Assembly (NCBI GenBank): GCA_030614005.1
Contig: JAUWKS010000006.1
Location: 30,001 to 62,000, forward strand
Direction of reading: 5' to 3'
Origin: Candidatus Heimdallarchaeota archaeon
Lineage (GTDB): Archaea > Asgardarchaeota > Heimdallarchaeia > JABLTI01
Length of the DNA: 32,000 nt
Below are positions 26,308 to 32,000 of this stretch, piece by piece. The first letter of the stretch is position 1, and the number at the start of each line of letters is the position of its first letter. The notes under the pieces were generated by a model, which was not told the DNA's origin, searched no databases, and saw only the letters and a program-made list of their open reading frames with translations. The position numbers and the translations under genes were made by a program.

Positions 26308-27651
26308 ATGGATAACGAAACTAAGTCTTTCATTCGTTTTTTCTTTGCTTGTAAAAAACGATTTAAGAAAATGACTCTTGAAGATTTAGAGAAGTACCAA
26401 TTGAAAAAAGCCCAAGCATTGGTAAAGTATGTGACAGAAAAGTCACCATTTTTTCAAGCACATTATAACAATCAAGATCTTCTTGATGTGTGGAATTTAC
26501 TAACTGTAAATAAGAAGATCATGATGGATAATTTTACAGAGTATACAACTTTAGGTTTCCAGAAAGAAGAGTTACTTGATTTTTGCCTTAGAATAGAAAA
26601 AGAGCAAAATTTCACAGAACGCTTTCATGGTTATAATGTAGCAATGTCTTCAGGAACAAGTGGTAGCAAAGGGATAGTAATAACTAGTCCTGAAGAAGAA
26701 AAATATCTTCAAGCAGCCTTATTTTCTCGCTTCGTGTTTCCAAGAGTACTTCGTATTAAGTGGGCTTTTATCCTTCGAATTACTACTCCTGCATTCCAAG
26801 TAAGCAAATTTGGTCAGCAGTTAACTCATTTTAATTTACAATTATCTATAGAAGATTTAAGAGAAAAATTGCGGTTATTTCAACCAAACATTCTTTCAGC
26901 TCCACCTTCTATGCTTAGTATTATTGCGAAGGAAGTACAAAATGGTCGATTGGATATAAAACCAAAAAGAATTATTTCCTATGCTGAAGTGTTATACCCA
27001 GAAGTTAAAACTGAAATAGAGGAAACATTTGATACTCTTGTTCATCAGATCTACCAAGGAAGCGAAGGATCAATTGCTATGACTTGCAAATGTGGTAATT
27101 TGCATATTAATGAGGATTTAATGAAAGTTCAGTTATTTGATAATGAAGGGAATCAGACAGAACCTGGAAAACCGTGTCATAAGATGATAGTAACTGATTT
27201 GAATAAAATTTCGCAACCAATAATAAGATACGAACTGAATGATATCATTACAATTTCACCCGAGAAATGTTCATGTGGATCGAATTTCAGAGTGATAGAG
27301 CAAGTTATGGGAAGAGCCGATGACTTGTTCTGGGGGCAAAGAGAAAACACGAATGATCTTCAATTCATCTTTCCTGATTATATTCGTAGAGCAATAATTA
27401 GTAGTTCAGAAGAAATAAGTGAGTATCAAGCGATTCAAAAAAGCTTGTCTCGAGTAATAATTAGAATACAGTTAAAAGAATCACCAGAAAATCTTGAAGC
27501 GCTACAACAAAAGATTTCGGATGCAGTCCGAGATGTTTTTTCAAGATATCACTGCACTCAACCATCCGTATCTGTGGTTTTAGAGAAAGCCAAAAGACAT
27601 CCTAAATCACTAAAGCTTGTACGAATTAAGCGAGATTTTGATATTAACTAA
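26308..27651 (+). CDS. F390 synthetase-like / phenylacetate-CoA ligase-like adenylate-forming enzyme
   Basis: MSSGTSG P-loop, SYAEVL, QIYQGSEG, NLHINED, PIIRYELND and GRADD motifs. Confidence 0.85.
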   Translation: MDNETKSFIRFFFACKKRFKKMTLEDLEKYQLKKAQALVKYVTEKSPFFQAHYNNQDLLDVWNLLTVNKKIMMDNFTEYTTLGFQKEELLDFCLRIEKEQNFTERFHGYNVAMSSGTSGSKGIVITSPEEEKYLQAALFSRFVFPRVLRIKWAFILRITTPAFQVSKFGQQLTHFNLQLSIEDLREKLRLFQPNILSAPPSMLSIIAKEVQNGRLDIKPKRIISYAEVLYPEVKTEIEETFDTLVHQIYQGSEGSIAMTCKCGNLHINEDLMKVQLFDNEGNQTEPGKPCHKMIVTDLNKISQPIIRYELNDIITISPEKCSCGSNFRVIEQVMGRADDLFWGQRENTNDLQFIFPDYIRRAIISSSEEISEYQAIQKSLSRVIIRIQLKESPENLEALQQKISDAVRDVFSRYHCTQPSVSVVLEKAKRHPKSLKLVRIKRDFDIN

Positions 27652-27761
27652 TTTTCTAATTTAAAGGCGAAAATTTGCGACATAATTATAAATAATTAAA
27701 TTATTCAAAGTAAAAGAGTATCTATCTATCTATTACTATTAATTTGGAGCAGTTTAGTTAA

Positions 27762-28748
27762 ATGGCAGATAATGTCCCTTACCTCATTATTAATCCCAAT
27801 GCCCAAGATAAACGATTGAGCAAAAAAATAGATGAAATTCTCAAATCTGCAAAGAAAGCCTTTGGTGAGTTTCAGTATGAATTAACAACAAAAATTGGCG
27901 ATGGTATACCAATTGCGAAGAAAGCGATTTCTGAAGGTTACAATACACTTGTTTCTGTGGGTGGCGATGGCACTTTAAATGAACTAATAAATGTTGCAGC
28001 AAAAACAGATGTTAAGGTTGGCATGATTCATGGTGGAAGTGCTTGTGATTCACTTAAAACACATGGAATACCAAAAAACTTTGATAGAGCATTTGAGATT
28101 GTCGCAGAAGGATATCATGAACGCTTTCCTGTTGGCCATCTGAAAGGAGATACTGAACGTTATTTCATAGAGATGGTAAATGGAGGATTTATAGGAGATA
28201 CTGCCAATGCACTTGCTGGTCGTTATGAATGGGCTAGTGGAGAAATTGCTTACGGATACGTTGCAATTAAAGTGATTATGGGGTTTAAACCTATACCAAC
28301 CAAAATTACTGTTGATAATAAAATCATAAGAGAAACAAATCTTTCAACATTTGCAGTTTCATTAACTGATTGCATCAGTGGTTTTGAATTTATTCCTGGA
28401 AATCATCCGAGACTTGATGATTTTGGAATTATATTCTCTCATAAAAAAGGATTGAAACTTATTAAACTGTTGTTGAAAGCGGTAAGTGGAAATCATTTAA
28501 AAAATACTGATGATTTTGAGATTCTTCGAGGAAAACATGTTATCATTGAAAGTGAAATTCCACACACTTGGGAAAGTGAAGGGGAAATCCCATCAAGAAA
28601 TGCTACTCGTATTGAAGTTACCCACATCCCTGATGCTGTTAACCTCATTATTCCAGAAGGGTGGAAATATGGCAAAACTTCAAAAGAAAGAAATAAAGCT
28701 AAAAAACGTGTATTGAAGCATCAACAACCATTTCCAGAGGATGATTAA
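27762..28748 (+). CDS. Diacylglycerol-kinase-family (YegS/BmrU-like) lipid kinase
   Basis: IINPNA, VGGDGTLNE and GGSACD (variant of GTGND) motifs; C-terminal ESEGE...PDA pattern. Confidence 0.87.
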   Translation: MADNVPYLIINPNAQDKRLSKKIDEILKSAKKAFGEFQYELTTKIGDGIPIAKKAISEGYNTLVSVGGDGTLNELINVAAKTDVKVGMIHGGSACDSLKTHGIPKNFDRAFEIVAEGYHERFPVGHLKGDTERYFIEMVNGGFIGDTANALAGRYEWASGEIAYGYVAIKVIMGFKPIPTKITVDNKIIRETNLSTFAVSLTDCISGFEFIPGNHPRLDDFGIIFSHKKGLKLIKLLLKAVSGNHLKNTDDFEILRGKHVIIESEIPHTWESEGEIPSRNATRIEVTHIPDAVNLIIPEGWKYGKTSKERNKAKKRVLKHQQPFPEDD

Positions 28749-28749
28749 A

Positions 28750-30414
28750 TTAGGTTAATTTTGAGGAAGTTTTCACTCTTCCTCCCATTATTTCTATTAA
28801 GAAAAATGACAAATAAGACATAACGAGTAATATTGCTCCAACAGCACTTGCTTGACCAAATTGTCTTCCATCTCTTAGTTTGTATAATGCAACTGTTAAG
28901 GTAGCTATTGAATTATCTGATCTATAGAAGAAATTTGCAATGGTAAATTCTCCTATACTCAATCCGACTGCAAAAGCTAATCCTGCAACAAGTGCTGGAA
29001 TTAGCAAAGGAGCATAGATTTTTCTAAATTTGAACCACCAGTTTGCTCCTAGTGTTTTGGCTGATTCTTCCATTTCAGGATCAATAGCATTTAATCCATT
29101 CATTAATGCTCTAGTGACAAATGGATATCCAAGAAGACCGTGACTAATTATAATAAATAACCACGGATAATTAATATAAAACTGTGAATCACCGACAATT
29201 CGATAAATACCCAGAGAAATGGTCATTGCTGATACTGCAAGTGGAAGATAGCTAATCATTTCGTAAGTAACCGATTTTTTCTCTTTTCTATGTTTTCCTA
29301 AAACAGCAACAGTGATAATTGCTAATATTGTTGCAAAACAAGCGCCACCGAAAGCAAAAAGAAAAGTATTCAAAATTGCTTGTGGAATCGAGGTGTTAAC
29401 ATAGTTAATACTTTCAAGGGAGAATATTCCGGCATAATTTTCAAATGTAAATTGACCTGTATATGACCCAATGAAAGAGTTTACAAGAATGCTGATCATG
29501 GGAGCTAATTCTAATGCCAAACCAGCTAAGAAACAGAAAGCTAGTAACCAACTACTAATTTTGCTAAAGAATTTTTTAAACTCTAATTGTGTTCGTGGGA
29601 AAACTGCCGTAGTAATTGTTTTCTTTTGTTTTGCATTGCGACGCATTAGAAGCAAATAACCAATAACATATGCAACTGTAACAATTAATTGCATAATTGC
29701 TAAAGCTGCTGCAAGATTTGTTTCTCCGGTATAGTAACTCGAGTTAATTTCAACTTCGACACTTCGATAATTACCTGGTGTGCCTAACATTAAGATAATG
29801 CCAAAACTCAGAAAACAAAAATTGAACGTGAGCATTGCTGCAGTTAAAATTGGCTGCAAAAATAATGGCAAATAGACTCTAAAAAAAGAATGGATGGAAT
29901 TGCTCTTCATTGTTTTTGCAGCATCAATAAGGTCGCGGTCGAAATTACGGTAATAAGCAACAAAATAATGGATAACTAATGGAATGTTATAGAATGCATG
30001 AGCCAAGATAATGGAAAGTAGTGGGATGCCAAACAAACCATTTTCAGAAAAGATATTCAAGAAACCCATTCCTACTAACACAGAAGGGAGAACAAATGGA
30101 ACAGTGAAAATTGCAAGAAGGACCTTTCTCCCTGTAAATTCATACTTTCCGAAGAAATAGCCTAATGGAATGCCAATCAAAAGTGATGCAATTGTACTAA
30201 GTAAAGCTTGAGAAAGAGTAAATGCAAATAATTTGTAATAATAACCATTTGAGAAGACTTCTCCTAGATATTGTAAGGTAAAACCAGAATCATCTACAAA
30301 ACCAAAAACTAGAACGGAAAAAACTGGGAATAGAAGAAATAGTGCAATAAGCAAAACTGGTGTTAGAAAACCTAATACTCTAACAATTTTCTTACCAGAA
30401 TATTCAATCGCCAT
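28750..30414 (-). CDS. ABC transporter permease, fused two-domain (ThiP/FbpB-like)
   Basis: Two permease halves with EAA-like loops (LIDAAKTM, MEESAKTLGA), AHAFYNIP and PFVTR. Start is likely ATG 30414, after an AGGTGA SD. Confidence 0.9.
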   Translation of the reverse strand: MAIEYSGKKIVRVLGFLTPVLLIALFLLFPVFSVLVFGFVDDSGFTLQYLGEVFSNGYYYKLFAFTLSQALLSTIASLLIGIPLGYFFGKYEFTGRKVLLAIFTVPFVLPSVLVGMGFLNIFSENGLFGIPLLSIILAHAFYNIPLVIHYFVAYYRNFDRDLIDAAKTMKSNSIHSFFRVYLPLFLQPILTAAMLTFNFCFLSFGIILMLGTPGNYRSVEVEINSSYYTGETNLAAALAIMQLIVTVAYVIGYLLLMRRNAKQKKTITTAVFPRTQLEFKKFFSKISSWLLAFCFLAGLALELAPMISILVNSFIGSYTGQFTFENYAGIFSLESINYVNTSIPQAILNTFLFAFGGACFATILAIITVAVLGKHRKEKKSVTYEMISYLPLAVSAMTISLGIYRIVGDSQFYINYPWLFIIISHGLLGYPFVTRALMNGLNAIDPEMEESAKTLGANWWFKFRKIYAPLLIPALVAGLAFAVGLSIGEFTIANFFYRSDNSIATLTVALYKLRDGRQFGQASAVGAILLVMSYLSFFLIEIMGGRVKTSSKLT

Positions 30415-30448
30415 CCATTTTTCACCTGTTAGTAAAATACTATAACCC

Positions 30449-30458
30449 ATTTATATAA
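30449..30458 (-). promoter_or_regulatory. Putative TATA box of the permease gene
   Basis: Minus strand TTATATAAAT about 35 nt upstream of ATG 30414. Confidence 0.45.
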
Positions 30459-30649
30459 GTCCATTATAAAATAGTTTAGTCATTACAGAAGAATAAAAAT
30501 TTATTGACTTGTATTTACAAGCTAAAAGAGTAATGTGAATTCCAAGCAATTTCAAAGATTTTTGATAGACTTTAATACGAGGAAAATAATCTTTACCAAA
30601 AATTTCGAATGAAATAATAAGTAAAAATTAAAAAAAGAGAGAATAATGT

Positions 30650-31561
30650 TCATTCCAATGGGTGAATGAAAGAATCGAAATCAACAATAGTATCAAAATT
30701 TACAATAGCTTTGCCTGGAATAAAGAGCATTTCAAATTCCTTGTAATCCCCAAGCTCAGGATATAATTCTAGTAAATCAAACAGAATACTTCTAGTAACA
30801 TTTTCAGAAGATCTGGATAACCGTGCTAATGTATTCAAATTTACTGTTTCTCCAAGTTTGAGGTCTTTGAAAATAATTTTAAAAGATAGTACAACATTAG
30901 ATCGAACAAAGTGTTCAATTGAATCAAAGCCAAGGAGACGGTACAATACTTTCATTGTATAAGCTCCTTTTCTTTGTATGTATGAATAAGAAGTTTGACC
31001 ATATGTCTGTGGAATGTCATATTCATAATAATACGCTTTCTGCAAATTCAGGATTGCGTTAAACAAATAATCATACATTTGTTTCTGTTCTTCAGTAGTT
31101 TGGTATTTTTTCAAATATTTGATATATTCAGAATTACAAATCCCATTATTGAAATCTTCTTCCAACTTAATGCATAATTGATTCATTGTTTTTACTGGTG
31201 CAGTTTCAAATAGAATCAAAAAGGCGTATTCTTTTAGACTACTACGATAGTTAACACTCTTTTGATCAGCAAATAGAATGTCTTGCAAATCTACTAAATC
31301 ACTTTTTTCTATAATTGACATTATTTCACTATATTTCTTCTTGGAAGAATTGTTGATGGCAAGTATAATTAATAGAGGTATCATAGTGCCTATTGTAACT
31401 AATCCAATAAATACCGGATAAATTATTAGAAAACCCAAAAAACCCCACAATAGAGATAGTGTTAATATTATTATTCCATAAATAGTTGAAAGGAATGTTA
31501 TCGCTTGCCTGAGTGATTTTTGTTTTCTATTCGCTTCACTTTCAAAAAGGGTTGTTTTCAA
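30650..31561 (-). CDS. Hypothetical membrane-anchored protein with a C-terminal PCI-like winged helix
   Basis: Two N-terminal TM helices; C-terminus VNLNTLARLSRSSENVTRSILFDLLELYPELGDYKEFEMLFI is wHTH-like; TTG start. Confidence 0.6.
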   Translation of the reverse strand: MKTTLFESEANRKQKSLRQAITFLSTIYGIIILTLSLLWGFLGFLIIYPVFIGLVTIGTMIPLLIILAINNSSKKKYSEIMSIIEKSDLVDLQDILFADQKSVNYRSSLKEYAFLILFETAPVKTMNQLCIKLEEDFNNGICNSEYIKYLKKYQTTEEQKQMYDYLFNAILNLQKAYYYEYDIPQTYGQTSYSYIQRKGAYTMKVLYRLLGFDSIEHFVRSNVVLSFKIIFKDLKLGETVNLNTLARLSRSSENVTRSILFDLLELYPELGDYKEFEMLFIPGKAIVNFDTIVDFDSFIHPLE

Positions 31562-31726
31562 TTTAGCTCTCTCAATGATTAAAAGGATTTTTCTCTTTTT
31601 AAATATTTAGAATTCTAAATTGTTGTTTTTAATTTATTGAACCGAATAAGAACACTAAAGTTTAAAGAATACAAATGTTAAAATGAGTGGCAAATATTAA
31701 GAATTAAGCTCAAAAAGGTTAGAATT

Positions 31727-32000
31727 ATGCCATCAATTGAAGTAAAAAACATCTCGAAAAAGTTCGAGGATTCAATAGCAATTCAGGATATTAGCTTCAA
31801 ATTAGAAGAAGGCAAATTACTCACTTTGTTAGGGCCAAGTGGAAGTGGAAAAACAACTATCCTTCGACTAATTGCTGGGCTAATCGAACTTGATACTGGG
31901 GAGATATATTTCGATAGTATTGATGTAGCGAAAGTACCTACTGAGGAACGAAATATTGGCTTTGTTTTCCAATCCTATGCTCTTTTTCCCCACTTGCCAG
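31727..32000 (+). CDS. ABC transporter ATP-binding protein (ThiQ/FbpC/PotA-like), 3'-truncated by the window edge
   Basis: Not in the ORF track. Manual translation: MPSIEVKNISKKFED...LLGPSGSGKTTILRLIAGL...ERNIGFVFQSYALFPHL, with Walker A and Q-loop. Confidence 0.92.
   Translation, partial: MPSIEVKNISKKFEDSIAIQDISFKLEEGKLLTLLGPSGSGKTTILRLIAGLIELDTGEIYFDSIDVAKVPTEERNIGFVFQSYALFPHLP

Noticed and set aside
27719-27733. (TATC)3 microsatellite upstream of the lipid kinase
   Set aside because: Too short to suggest phase variation in AT-rich DNA.
30451-30649. TPP riboswitch upstream of the ThiP-like permease
   Set aside because: No CTGAGA/ACCTGA core motifs or GC-rich stems are visible.
2044-31177. 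Numerous short antisense or overlapping ORFs in the track (for example 2044-2262, 2804-3211, 4545-4805, 8138-8368, 9722-10048, 19971-20273, 23927-24391)
   Set aside because: They lie within or opposite well-supported genes, and show no motifs or SD signals. They are shadow ORFs.
1-32000. CRISPR arrays, IS elements, integrases, rRNA, selenocysteine or pyrrolysine readthrough
   Set aside because: No spaced direct repeats, transposase or integrase motifs, rRNA-like GC-rich tracts, or in-frame stop-split genes were seen; the only split gene is a frameshift.

Overview
AT-rich, gene-dense archaeal chromosomal segment, most likely from an Asgard archaeon. This is an inference from the archaeal gatD/gatE, uS13-uS4-uS11, ABCE1, archaeal-type TyrRS and PoK/PPS CoA route, together with a 7TM-longin fusion, a PCI-like winged-helix membrane protein and an NDT-type uS11. 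Housekeeping content: head-to-head gatD/gatE; a truncated rps13-rps4-rps11 cluster ending in a Zn-ribbon gene instead of rpoD; tyrS; ABCE1/Rli1; and a six-gene CoA/pantothenate operon (PoK, PPS, panB, panE, MfnA-like decarboxylase, coaBC). Also present: a class I aminotransferase, an FAH hydrolase, a standalone E2-like acyltransferase with altered catalytic residues, a GGT, a VOC protein, a DUF1295 protein, an F390-synthetase-like enzyme, a DAGK-family kinase and a split ABC transporter. A GNAT gene is broken by a +1 frameshift. The best candidates for undescribed biology are (i) a three-gene module at 4220-5608 (two small paralogous, oppositely charged G[LM]P...KY proteins plus a winged-helix regulator, with repeated and inverted DNA motifs) and (ii) the divergently adjacent 7TM-longin receptor-like protein. 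I saw no rRNA, tRNA, CRISPR array or transposase. All family assignments come from reading motifs by eye; no database searches were run.
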